64,000 bases of DNA, taken from positions 2,624,001 through 2,688,000 of the forward strand of contig OZ252299.1 in the NCBI GenBank assembly GCA_965250285.1. Direction: 5' to 3'. This DNA comes from Myxococcota bacterium. Lineage in GTDB: Bacteria > Myxococcota_A > UBA9160 > UBA4427. The notes under the pieces were generated by a model. It was not told where the DNA came from, ran no database searches, and saw only the letters and a program-made list of their open reading frames with translations. The position numbers and the translations under genes were made by a program. Positions 37,587 through 46,552 of this stretch are shown in pieces (the stretch's first letter is position 1; every line of letters begins with the position of its first letter).

Positions 37587-37853
37587 ATGCGCCGACCGCA
37601 CCCGACAGCCGCTCGCGCCTTCGCGAGCATCGGCATCGTGTGGCTGATTGCGACGCTCGCCGCGGCGAGCCCCGCCGCCGAGCCCGCGCCCGACCCGCCC
37701 GCGCGAGCCGAGACCCGCGCGCGGCCGATTCCCGTCGGTGCATTCTGCCCGGCGCGGCCGGCCGATCCGCTGCGAGAGGCGTCGACCTTCGGCGTGACGG
37801 CGCTGGTGATGTGGGCGCTGGTGCGACGCAGGGAGCGACGCGCAGCCGACTGA
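37587..37853 (+). CDS. Small hypothetical exported/membrane protein
   Basis: 88 aa: signal-peptide-like N-terminus, Pro-rich linker, C-terminal hydrophobic helix plus RRRERR. Confidence 0.5.
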   Translation: MRRPHPTAARAFASIGIVWLIATLAAASPAAEPAPDPPARAETRARPIPVGAFCPARPADPLREASTFGVTALVMWALVRRRERRAAD

Positions 37854-37870
37854 GCCGGCGCGGGCCTCGA

Positions 37871-38179
37871 TCAGCTGCGAGACACCGTCAGCCACTGGAA
37901 CGAGCTCGACGAGCCCGAAACGCGGCCGCTCTGACCGGGCGTGAAGGTGATGGTCCGATCGTCGGAGCTGCTCTCGAGGATCTGCCGAAAGCCCGCGATC
38001 TTGCGCTCGGGGTCTTCGGGGTTCAGGCCGTGAAACACGATCTCGACCTGCTTGCAGGTATCGAGCACGTTGAGCACGAGCGCCGCCAGCGAAAAGAGCT
38101 TGCCGATCCCCTCGACCGCCTCCACCGCGAATCGGGGGACGTCGATGTCATCGAGATCGAGCTTGTATTCGAGACGCAT
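37871..38179 (-). CDS. Hypothetical protein
   Basis: GAGGAG RBS; protein-like composition (MRLEYKLDLDDIDVPRF...). Confidence 0.7.
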   Translation of the reverse strand: MRLEYKLDLDDIDVPRFAVEAVEGIGKLFSLAALVLNVLDTCKQVEIVFHGLNPEDPERKIAGFRQILESSSDDRTITFTPGQSGRVSGSSSSFQWLTVSRS

Positions 38180-38293
38180 GCGCGTGCTCCTCAATGGCCC
38201 GCGGCACCGCCGTCTGCAGCGAGACCGCTCCGAAGGGCGCGCAAGGTCGCCTTCCGGTCGTAGGGTGTCAAGACCGACGCGGGACCGGCCGGT

Positions 38294-39595
38294 TCAGTCG
38301 CCGTGGCGATTCGCGCCGGGATCGACGTCGGCGAGCGCCGACACGCGGGCGTGGAACTCTTCGCGCGTGATGACGCCCTTCTCGATCAGCAGCTGAGTCA
38401 GAACGTGCAGGATCGTGCGGGTCTTGGCCTCGTAGCTGGCGAGGCTCTCGACGGGCGGCAGGTCGGGCACCACCGCGGCGCTGGCCGGCTTCTTGGGCGG
38501 GGGCGCGGCGAGCGACTCTTCGCCGAAATGAGGCCGCGTCACGTCGAGGTCCAGGCCGTACCCGGGCGACTGCGATGGGGCTGGTTGCGCCGCACGACCA
38601 GGCGACTGCGACGGGGCCGGCTGCTCCGCGCGACCAGGCGACCGCGATGGGTCGGGTTGCACGGCGCGAGTGCGCGACTGCGCAGGGTCGGGTTGCACCG
38701 CGCGAACGGGCGACTGCGCGGGGTCGGGTTTCACCGCGCGATCAGGCGACTGCGATGGGGCCCGCTGCTTCGGGCCTGCCGGCGACTGCGACGGGGCCGG
38801 CTGCTCCGCGCGTGCCGGTGCCGACGATGCGGCGGGTTGGACCGGGAGCGTGGGCGCCGGCGATGCGGGCGGCTCGACCGGGCGTGCGGGCGCCGGCGGT
38901 GCGCCCGGCTCCACGGAGGTGGCCGGCGCAGCGGGGGCGGGGGCGGAAGACGCTTCGCCATTCGAATCCGGGATCGGGGTCGGATGTGCCGTGGGAGCCG
39001 ACGACGTCGGCTCGCTCGCGGCGCCGCCGGTGAAGTGCGCGACGAGCTCGGCGGTGCCATCGCCGCGGTCGCCCGGCTGCACCGCAGCTTCGCCCGGGGC
39101 CGCTGACGAATCGCTCGCGGCCGCCTGCCCGGGCGCGGCCTCGGCGCTCGCGGCCGCACGGTAGTACCGGTCGATGCCTTCGGAGATCTCCGAAGGCGCC
39201 ATCATCACGGGCTTGACCTGCAGGCCGGTTCGAAACGCGAGGTCATCGAGCACAGCGAGGTCACCCGGATCCTCCATCGCGAGGTACAGCGTGGTGTGGT
39301 TGTCGGCGCGCTTGACGAAGAGCGGCAGCACGAGATTGCGCTCGGCCAGATCGGCGGGAACGAGGGCGAGCACATCGGGCGCGATGCGCTTGCCTTCGAG
39401 GCTCGCGACCGGCAGCGAGAGCTGACTCGCCAGCGCGCGCACGAGCGAACGCTCGTCGAGGCTGCCCATCTTCACGAGCGTCGCTCCGAGCGGCTGCCCC
39501 CAGCGGCGCTGCTCGCCCAGGGCGGCGTTCAGTTGATGTTGGTCGATGACCCCTGCCCTCAGCAGGATCTCGCCGATCCGGATCGTTCCGGCCAT
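38294..39595 (-). CDS. Standalone MshEN/GspE N-terminal domain protein with Pro-rich repeat linker
   Basis: RIGEILLRAGVI...LNAALGEQ...LGATLVKMG, T2SSE_N core (LAMEDP); no ATPase domain; C-terminal LLIEKGVITREEF. Confidence 0.85.
   Translation of the reverse strand: MAGTIRIGEILLRAGVIDQHQLNAALGEQRRWGQPLGATLVKMGSLDERSLVRALASQLSLPVASLEGKRIAPDVLALVPADLAERNLVLPLFVKRADNHTTLYLAMEDPGDLAVLDDLAFRTGLQVKPVMMAPSEISEGIDRYYRAAASAEAAPGQAAASDSSAAPGEAAVQPGDRGDGTAELVAHFTGGAASEPTSSAPTAHPTPIPDSNGEASSAPAPAAPATSVEPGAPPAPARPVEPPASPAPTLPVQPAASSAPARAEQPAPSQSPAGPKQRAPSQSPDRAVKPDPAQSPVRAVQPDPAQSRTRAVQPDPSRSPGRAEQPAPSQSPGRAAQPAPSQSPGYGLDLDVTRPHFGEESLAAPPPKKPASAAVVPDLPPVESLASYEAKTRTILHVLTQLLIEKGVITREEFHARVSALADVDPGANRHGD
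38565..38816 (-). repeat. Coding tandem repeat, 7 x 36 bp (RA-x-QP-x-PSQSP)
   Basis: GGCGACTGCG-like unit starts at 38565, 38601, 38637, 38673, 38709, 38745 and 38781. Confidence 0.9.
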
Positions 39596-39706
39596 GCTGC
39601 ACCCCTCCGTCGCTCATCCGCTCATCGGCAGAAGCAACGGAGACGTGAAGCTTTGGCGGTGGATCGGCGCCGTCGATGGGGAAACCCCCTCGGCGCCCGC
39701 GCGACG

Positions 39707-40690
39707 TCAGTCGGTGGCCCCGTCGGCGAGGAAGCACCGGGCCAGCCGGCTGGCGCCCAGATCGACGACCGGCGGGTCTTCGGTCGCGCAGCGGTCGAGC
39801 ACCACCGGGCACCGCGTGTGAAAGTGACAGCCGCTCGGGGGATTCGAGGGCGACGGCACGTCGCCGAGCAGCGGCGGATCGGCGTTGCGCCGCTGCGGGT
39901 CGACCGACGGCACCGCATCGAGCAGGCCCCGCGTGTACGGGTGCTTCGGATCGTCGAACAGCGCGGCGGTCGGCGCGGTCTCGACGATGCGGCCGAGATA
40001 CATGACCGCGACCCGGTCGGCGAGGTAGCGCACGACGCCGAGATCATGCGTAATGAACAGGTACGCGAGACCGAGATCGCGCTGCAGATCGGCGAGCAGG
40101 TTCAGGATCTGCGCCTGGATCGAGACGTCGAGCGCCGACACCGATTCGTCGCAGACGAGCAGCTTCGGTTCGACCGCGAGGGCCCGCGCGATGCAGATGC
40201 GCTGCCGCTGCCCGCCCGAGAACTCGTGCGGGTACTGCCACATCTGCTCGGGGTCGAGCTGGACGCGCTCGAGCGACGCGCCGACCTTGCGCGTCAGCTC
40301 GGCCTCGCCGGTTGCGAGACCGAACGAACGCATGCCCTCGGCGATGATCTCGCGAATGCGCATGCGTGGGTTCAGCGAGGCCATCGGATCCTGAAAGACG
40401 ATCTGCAACCGACGGCGCCGCTCGCGCAGCTCGGCGTGCGAGAGCGTTCGCAGATCGACGCCTTCGAAGAGGATCCGCCCCGCCTGGGGCTCGACCAGAC
40501 GCAGGATCGATCGCCCGACCGTCGTCTTTCCGCAGCCCGATTCACCGACCAGGGCCAGCGTCTCGCCGGCCGCGACCTCGAGGTCGACTCCGGTCGCGGC
40601 CTGCACGTGCCCCACGGTTCGGCGCAGCACGCCGTGCTTGATCGGGAACCACGTCTGCAGCCCCTCGACCCGGAGCAGCGGCTCGCTCAC
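39707..40690 (-). CDS. Oligopeptide/dipeptide ABC ATPase (OppF/DppF)
   Basis: GESGCGKTT, FSGGQRQR, HPYT, GCHFHTRC. Confidence 0.93.
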   Translation of the reverse strand: MSEPLLRVEGLQTWFPIKHGVLRRTVGHVQAATGVDLEVAAGETLALVGESGCGKTTVGRSILRLVEPQAGRILFEGVDLRTLSHAELRERRRRLQIVFQDPMASLNPRMRIREIIAEGMRSFGLATGEAELTRKVGASLERVQLDPEQMWQYPHEFSGGQRQRICIARALAVEPKLLVCDESVSALDVSIQAQILNLLADLQRDLGLAYLFITHDLGVVRYLADRVAVMYLGRIVETAPTAALFDDPKHPYTRGLLDAVPSVDPQRRNADPPLLGDVPSPSNPPSGCHFHTRCPVVLDRCATEDPPVVDLGASRLARCFLADGATD

Positions 40691-41682
40691 TCGTCTGCCC
40701 CCCCGGCCGCGGCGAGATCGCGCTCGACGGCATGACAGCGGACGGTGTGGCCATCGACCACGTGGGTGTCGCGCGGCTCGTCGACCGTGCAGACGTCGAG
40801 GCGACGATCGCAGCGCGCGGCGAAGCGGCAGCCCTTCGGCCAGTGCCCCGGCGACGGGACGACCCCCGGTATCTCGGGCAGGCGCTCGCCGTGGGCCGAG
40901 TGTGCCGGCATCGAACGAAGCAGACCCGCCGTGTACGGATGCCTCGGCCGCGAGAGCAGCACCTCGCGCGACGTCTCTTCGACGACCTGCCCGGTGTACA
41001 TGACGGCCACGCGATCGGCGAGCTCGTTCACGATGCCGAGATCGTGCGTGATCAACAGGATCGCGAGCCCGTCTTCTCGTTGCAGCCGGCGCAAGAGACT
41101 CACGATCTGGGCCTGGATCGTGACGTCGAGGGCCGTGGTCGGCTCGTCGGCGATCAACACGTCGGGCCGGGTCGAGAGCGCCATCGCGATCATCACGCGC
41201 TGCTTCAAGCCGCCCGAGAGCTGGTGGGGGAAGGCGCGCAGTCGATCCTCGGGATCGGGAATGCCGACATGACCGAAGAGCTCTCGAGTGCGCTCGAGTG
41301 CGGCCTCCTTCGAGACCTTCTCGTGCAGGCGGATCGCCTCGACCACCTGCTGGCCGACGCGTACGACCGGGTTCAGGCTCGTCATGGGCTCCTGGAAGAT
41401 CATCGAGATGCGACGACCGCGAATGCGCCGCATGTCGGCGACCTTGAGATCGAGCACCTCCTGCCCGTCGAGCTTCACGCTGCCCGACGTGACCCGCCCC
41501 GGGCGCGGGACGAGGCGCAGCAGCGACAGCGCCGTCATCGACTTGCCCGACCCCGACTCGCCGACGAGCGCGAGGACGCGTCCCCGATCGAGCTCGAAGT
41601 CGACGCCGTCGACGATCGGCACGGCGTCGTCGCCGATCGGGAACCGGGCGGTGAGCCCACGCACCTCGAGGAGCGCGCTCAT
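40687..41682 (-). CDS. Oligopeptide/dipeptide ABC ATPase (OppD/DppD)
   Basis: GESGSGKS, LSGGLKQR, ADEPTTALDVTIQAQ, GCRFAARC. Confidence 0.93.
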   Translation of the reverse strand: MSALLEVRGLTARFPIGDDAVPIVDGVDFELDRGRVLALVGESGSGKSMTALSLLRLVPRPGRVTSGSVKLDGQEVLDLKVADMRRIRGRRISMIFQEPMTSLNPVVRVGQQVVEAIRLHEKVSKEAALERTRELFGHVGIPDPEDRLRAFPHQLSGGLKQRVMIAMALSTRPDVLIADEPTTALDVTIQAQIVSLLRRLQREDGLAILLITHDLGIVNELADRVAVMYTGQVVEETSREVLLSRPRHPYTAGLLRSMPAHSAHGERLPEIPGVVPSPGHWPKGCRFAARCDRRLDVCTVDEPRDTHVVDGHTVRCHAVERDLAAAGGADE

Positions 41683-42701
41683 GACGACTCCTTCAGCGTG
41701 CGCGGGTCGAGGATGTCGCGCACGGCGTCCCCGACGAAGTTGACCGCGAGGACCAGTCCGAAGAGCGCGGCGCCGGCCGCCGTGAGATTCCACCAGACCA
41801 CCGGGTCGCGGCTGAGCTCGTCGCGGGCCTGATCGATCATCTGCCCCCAGCTGCCGTCGACGCCGATGCCGAGATACGAGAGCACGGCCTCGGTGAGCAC
41901 GAGCCCGGTGAACATCAGCACGAACGTGATCACCACCAGATGCATCAGGTTCGGAAGGATGTGGCGCAGGATGATGCGCGGCTCCGAGACGCCGAGCGCC
42001 CGCGCGGCCGCGACGTAGTCGAGCTCGCGCAGCTTCAGCGCTTCGCCCCGCGTGACGCGCGCGAAACCGACCCAGCCCGTGATCGCGAGCGCGACACAGA
42101 CCGAGAGCGTGCTTCGGCCCATCACCATGATGAGGACGATCAACAGCAACAGGCTCGGCATCGACGAAAGCGTCGAGATCACGAGGAAGACCGCATCATC
42201 GAGCCGACCGCCGAAGTAGCCGGCCATCACCCCGAAGAGCAGCGCCAGCGGAATCGCGACGAGGCTCGTCAGCCCGCCGATCAGCAGCGCGACCTTGGCG
42301 CCCTTGAGCGTGAGGTACAGCACGTCGCGCCCGAGGATGTCGGTGCCGAACGGGTGCGACCCCGGTCGCTCGAGTGCGCTGCCGCCGTAGAACTCGACGC
42401 GCGCGAACGGCGCTGAGTAGCTGGCCTCCTTGGTGTCGGCGAAGAGCCGATCGATGACGCTGCGTGCCTCGTGACCCGAGACCGCGTCCTCGCTGCTCGC
42501 CTGCCCACCGACCCAGGCGACCGAGTCGAGGACGGCGATCAACATGTAGGCGCAGATCACCAGCACCGAGATCCGGCGGCGTCGCCAGATCTCCGAAGCG
42601 GCCTCCGACCAGATGCGGTTGCGACGCACGAAGCGCGCGATCGCGATGACACCGGCGATCATCACGACCACGAGCAGGTTCGACCAAACGTGCGGGGCCA
42701 A
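41679..42701 (-). CDS. Peptide ABC permease (OppC/DppC)
   Basis: HPFGTDILGRD, YVAAARALG, RHILPN. Confidence 0.92.
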   Translation of the reverse strand: MAPHVWSNLLVVVMIAGVIAIARFVRRNRIWSEAASEIWRRRRISVLVICAYMLIAVLDSVAWVGGQASSEDAVSGHEARSVIDRLFADTKEASYSAPFARVEFYGGSALERPGSHPFGTDILGRDVLYLTLKGAKVALLIGGLTSLVAIPLALLFGVMAGYFGGRLDDAVFLVISTLSSMPSLLLLIVLIMVMGRSTLSVCVALAITGWVGFARVTRGEALKLRELDYVAAARALGVSEPRIILRHILPNLMHLVVITFVLMFTGLVLTEAVLSYLGIGVDGSWGQMIDQARDELSRDPVVWWNLTAAGAALFGLVLAVNFVGDAVRDILDPRTLKESS

Positions 42702-42723
42702 TTCGTTCTCGCCTCCCCTTCCG

Positions 42724-43689
42724 TCAGTCGAGCCGGACCCGTGGATCCACGAGGCCGTATGAGAGGTCGGTCAGGATCTGCCCCGCGATGAAGAGCAGCG
42801 AGGAGATGTATACGAGGGTGCGCAACGTCGAGAAGTCGTTGCCGTGGATCGCGTCCACCATCATCGACCCGAGACCGGGAATGCCGAAGAACGACTCGAG
42901 CAGAAGCGAGCCCATGAACAGGAACGGGATCGCGAGCACGACCCGGGTGAGGACGGGGATCAACGAGTTGCGGAAGACGTGGCGCGCCATGATGCGCCCT
43001 TCGCCACAGCCCTTCGCCCGCGCCGTCCGCACGAAGTCGCGATTGCTCTCTTCGAGGAAGACGGTGCGGTAGAAGCGCACGTCGCCGCCGATTCCGTTCA
43101 CGATGCCGACGACGACCGGCAGCGCGAGAAATCGCAGCAGCACCGACGGGTCGGGATCGAAGCCCGAGATCGGGAACCAGCGCAGGACCTTCGCGATCAT
43201 GTACTGCGCACCGATGATGTAGAGAAGGATCGACACGCTCATGGCGAGCACGCAGATGAAGACACCCGTCCGGTCGATGTAGGTCTCGCGAAAGAAGGCC
43301 ACGACGAGAGAGAGTGGGATCGAGACCACCAGACTCAGAATGAAGATCGGCACCATGAGAGAGAGCGAGATCCAGGCGCCCGCACGGATCCGCTCGATGA
43401 TCGGCGTATCGTCGGCGTCGCTGCGACCGAAGTCGAAGGTCAGCATGCGGCGAAAGTGATCGACGAGCAGGTTGTCGGTCCACGCGCCCGGGCCGGGAAA
43501 GAGCGGGCGGTCGTAGCCGTGGTTGACCTTCCACTGCTCGACGACCTCCTGGGGCACGCGCTCGCCGAGGGCCTTGCGCGCGACGTCGTCGGGGTCGGTG
43601 ACGCCGAAGAAGAGCACGAACAGGAAGAGCAGGACGCCGAAGACGACGACCACGCCGTACCCCAGCCGCCGGATCACATAGGCCAGCAC
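42724..43689 (-). CDS. Peptide ABC permease (OppB/DppB)
   Basis: YVIRRL, FDFGRS, DFVRTARAKG, ESFFGIPGLG. Confidence 0.92.
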   Translation of the reverse strand: MLAYVIRRLGYGVVVVFGVLLFLFVLFFGVTDPDDVARKALGERVPQEVVEQWKVNHGYDRPLFPGPGAWTDNLLVDHFRRMLTFDFGRSDADDTPIIERIRAGAWISLSLMVPIFILSLVVSIPLSLVVAFFRETYIDRTGVFICVLAMSVSILLYIIGAQYMIAKVLRWFPISGFDPDPSVLLRFLALPVVVGIVNGIGGDVRFYRTVFLEESNRDFVRTARAKGCGEGRIMARHVFRNSLIPVLTRVVLAIPFLFMGSLLLESFFGIPGLGSMMVDAIHGNDFSTLRTLVYISSLLFIAGQILTDLSYGLVDPRVRLD

Positions 43690-45731
43690 TACTGCCTCTC
43701 CCTCAGGTACGTCAGCACGCCCGGCAGGAGCACGGCTGCGGCGCCGAGCACCAGGACATAGATCGGCCACACCACCGGCTCGTTGTGCACCGTGCGCCAG
43801 CCCGTGCGCTCGGGGGCATCGATGTCGCGGTACTTCGTCGTCGGCGTCGACATGCCGACCGGCTTCACGTTGGCGAGCCACTCGTGGTAGAGCAGATAGT
43901 CCTCGGGGTAGAAGAGTTCGATCCACGGACGCTCGTATTCGAGGATCGCCAGCATCCGATCGATCTTCGCCATGCGCTCCGGTCCGTTCGGCATCGCCTT
44001 CATCTCGACGTAGAGCTCGTCGTACGCCGGGTCGGAGAAGTTCGCCGTGTTCGGCCCCTCGTTCTTCGACCGCGCCATCTCGCTCCACAACAGGAACAGG
44101 AAGTTCTCGGGGTCGGGGTAGTCTGCGATCCAGCCCCACATGAAGAGCTGGTAGGCGCCGTTGCGCACCTTCTCCTGGAACTGGTTGTAGTTCGTCGCGG
44201 CGATCTCGACGTCGAGGCCCAGCTGTCGCCAGGCGTCGGTGAAGAACTGGTACCGAAGCCGCCCCTGAGCCGACGTATCGGGCGTATCGAACGTCAACCG
44301 GAGCGGTTTGCCGGTCTCGCGATCGATGCCCCCGCCGTAGCCCGCCTCGGCCAGCAGCTCGCGCGCGCGCTCCACGTCCGGCTTGCGGTACGGATTCTCG
44401 TACGCCTCGTGGTAGCCGAAGATGCCCGGCGGGATCGGCGTCTGCGCAGGCACGCCGCGCCCGTTCAGGAAGAGCCGCGTGAACTCCTCGGTGTCGATCA
44501 CCAGGCTCATCGCCTGGCGCAGCTTCCGCCCCGACTCGCCCGCCTCGCTCCCGAGCAGCGGGTCGTCCATGTTGAACCCGATGTAGTACACGCCCGGGCT
44601 CACGCTCTTGTCGAGCGAGATCCCGAGCGACTCCATCTCGCTCGAGAGCCCCCCCTCGTGCACCACGCGGTCGAAGCTCTCCTTGATGACGCCGGATGCG
44701 TCGTAGTAGCCCTGCAGAAACTTGTTGAACGCGGGGATCGACTCCTTCTCGCGCCGAAACTCGACCCGCTCGATGAACGGCAGCGGCTGGCCGACGTACT
44801 TCGGATCGAGCCGCCCGGCCGCCGCGTCTCCCGGCGAACCCTCGCTCGGATACGTCGCGCCCGGCGCCTTCCACTCGGGGTGCATCACCCCGTACCAGGT
44901 CGGATTTCGCTCGAGGATCATGCGCGCCTGCTTGTCGTACTCGACCAGCCGGTACGGCCCGGTGCCGACGGGGTGATCGGCGAGCCGCGCCCGCCCCTCC
45001 TCGCCGTCGTAGTACTCGACGACCTCCCAGGCCAGCGGCGTCGTGAACGGCATCGCGAACCAGTAGAGGATCTGCGGAAACGGCCGCTCGAGCACGATGC
45101 GCAGCCCGAGATCGCCGTCGACCTCGATGCCCTCGATGCCGCCCAGCTCGGCGTACTGCGCGTGGGCGGGCAGCGCAGCGAAGGCCGGGTCGCTCCCCCG
45201 ACGCTCGACGAGCGCCTCGCCGAAGCCCCGGAAGCCCGCGATCTGCGAGAACTGCTCGATCACCGGGCTGTTGACCGCGGGATCGGCGATGCGCATGAGC
45301 TGAAACGCGACGTCGCTGGTCGTCACCGCCCGCGTGGCGGGCGCCGCGCGATCGGGATCGAACGCGATGTCTTCGTGAAAGAGCAGATCGGGCCGCATCT
45401 CGAAGCGGTAGGCGACCCCGCCGCCTTCGAGGGGCTCGCCCACGGGCACGGTCGTCGCGAGGCCCGGAATCAGCTGATAGGGCCGCTTGAGGTAGTGGTA
45501 CTCGAGCAACGTATCGAAGACGTTGCCCGTGATCTTGTGCGACGTCGTGGTGTAGGCGACGGCTGGATCGAGGGTGCGAGGGGCCTCGCTGAAGGGCGTG
45601 TACAGCACCTTCTTGGTGTCATCTTGATTCGGATACGGGTTGTTCGTACACGCGGCCGCGAGCGCGGCGAGCGAGAGCCAGAGCGCGAGCCACGTCGTGC
45701 GGCGCCGAGGTTCTGAGACGAGACGGTTCAA
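43689..45731 (-). CDS. Peptide ABC substrate-binding lipoprotein (family 5)
   Basis: Lipobox AAAC, TLDPA, PVGTGPY, GWIADYPDPENFL. Confidence 0.92.
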   Translation of the reverse strand: MNRLVSEPRRRTTWLALWLSLAALAAACTNNPYPNQDDTKKVLYTPFSEAPRTLDPAVAYTTTSHKITGNVFDTLLEYHYLKRPYQLIPGLATTVPVGEPLEGGGVAYRFEMRPDLLFHEDIAFDPDRAAPATRAVTTSDVAFQLMRIADPAVNSPVIEQFSQIAGFRGFGEALVERRGSDPAFAALPAHAQYAELGGIEGIEVDGDLGLRIVLERPFPQILYWFAMPFTTPLAWEVVEYYDGEEGRARLADHPVGTGPYRLVEYDKQARMILERNPTWYGVMHPEWKAPGATYPSEGSPGDAAAGRLDPKYVGQPLPFIERVEFRREKESIPAFNKFLQGYYDASGVIKESFDRVVHEGGLSSEMESLGISLDKSVSPGVYYIGFNMDDPLLGSEAGESGRKLRQAMSLVIDTEEFTRLFLNGRGVPAQTPIPPGIFGYHEAYENPYRKPDVERARELLAEAGYGGGIDRETGKPLRLTFDTPDTSAQGRLRYQFFTDAWRQLGLDVEIAATNYNQFQEKVRNGAYQLFMWGWIADYPDPENFLFLLWSEMARSKNEGPNTANFSDPAYDELYVEMKAMPNGPERMAKIDRMLAILEYERPWIELFYPEDYLLYHEWLANVKPVGMSTPTTKYRDIDAPERTGWRTVHNEPVVWPIYVLVLGAAAVLLPGVLTYLRERQ

Positions 45732-46552
45732 CGCCGCGCCGCCGCGATCGCGCGCGAATCCGTCGCATCACCGGCGCTCTGGCCCAGGCGAAACAGCGAC
45801 GGTGCGAGCTCGGGATCGAGCTGCACGCTCTTGTACTCGACGTCGACGCGCGCGCCCTCCGCGGGAAAGCGCAGCCGGACGACGTGGGCGAACGATTGCA
45901 TCGCCCCGTCTCCCCCCATGAGCGGACGATGGTCGTCGAAGGTGGCGCTCCAGACAAGCGCTCCGGTGGGATCGAATCGTTCGAACCCGCGCAGCCGCCC
46001 TTCGGCATCGAAGCCGACGCGCTCGCGCAGGGCCCCGGCAGCATCGACCCGATCGACGTCGAAGAGCAGCGGCCCCCAGCCCGACCGGCCGATCACCAGG
46101 GTCGGGTCGAGTCGCGGCGCGCCGAGCAACAGATCGACCGCTTCGTCGGGAGCGAGCGCCACCCTCGCCACGCGCCACAGCAGCGCGGGCGTGACGCGGC
46201 CCTGCTGGATCGCGGACGCCCCGGATTCCCACAGCTGATACACCCCGTCGTGCACCACCAGGACGGCCGCGACCTGATTGAACAGGCCCAGGATCTCGAC
46301 ACGCAGCGTCGCCGGGCGCTGCACCGCAATGCGCTGCGGACGGCTCACCTCGAGATCCGGCGCCTGGATGGCCAGGCGAGCCTTGGCGCGCAGGCCCCGT
46401 CGCTGGGCCTCGGCCCCCTCGAGCTCGGCGATCAGGGCGCCGGCATCGAGATCGGGGCGCGGCGCCGGCGGCGGCTTGCGACAGGCCGCCGTCGCGAGCA
46501 GGCCACACAGGCACGCGGCGATGGCGAGGCGGCGCACCGCAGTGGATCTCAC
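45728..46552 (-). CDS. Lipoprotein, LolB/DUF4292-like (weak)
   Basis: Lipobox TAAC; QRPATLRVEILGLF resembles LolA/LolB-fold proteins; coupled to the TPR gene. Confidence 0.55.
   Translation of the reverse strand: MRSTAVRRLAIAACLCGLLATAACRKPPPAPRPDLDAGALIAELEGAEAQRRGLRAKARLAIQAPDLEVSRPQRIAVQRPATLRVEILGLFNQVAAVLVVHDGVYQLWESGASAIQQGRVTPALLWRVARVALAPDEAVDLLLGAPRLDPTLVIGRSGWGPLLFDVDRVDAAGALRERVGFDAEGRLRGFERFDPTGALVWSATFDDHRPLMGGDGAMQSFAHVVRLRFPAEGARVDVEYKSVQLDPELAPSLFRLGQSAGDATDSRAIAAARR

Noticed and set aside
38565..38816. 36-bp repeats as CRISPR repeats
   Set aside because: They are head-to-tail with no spacers and lie in frame within a coding linker.
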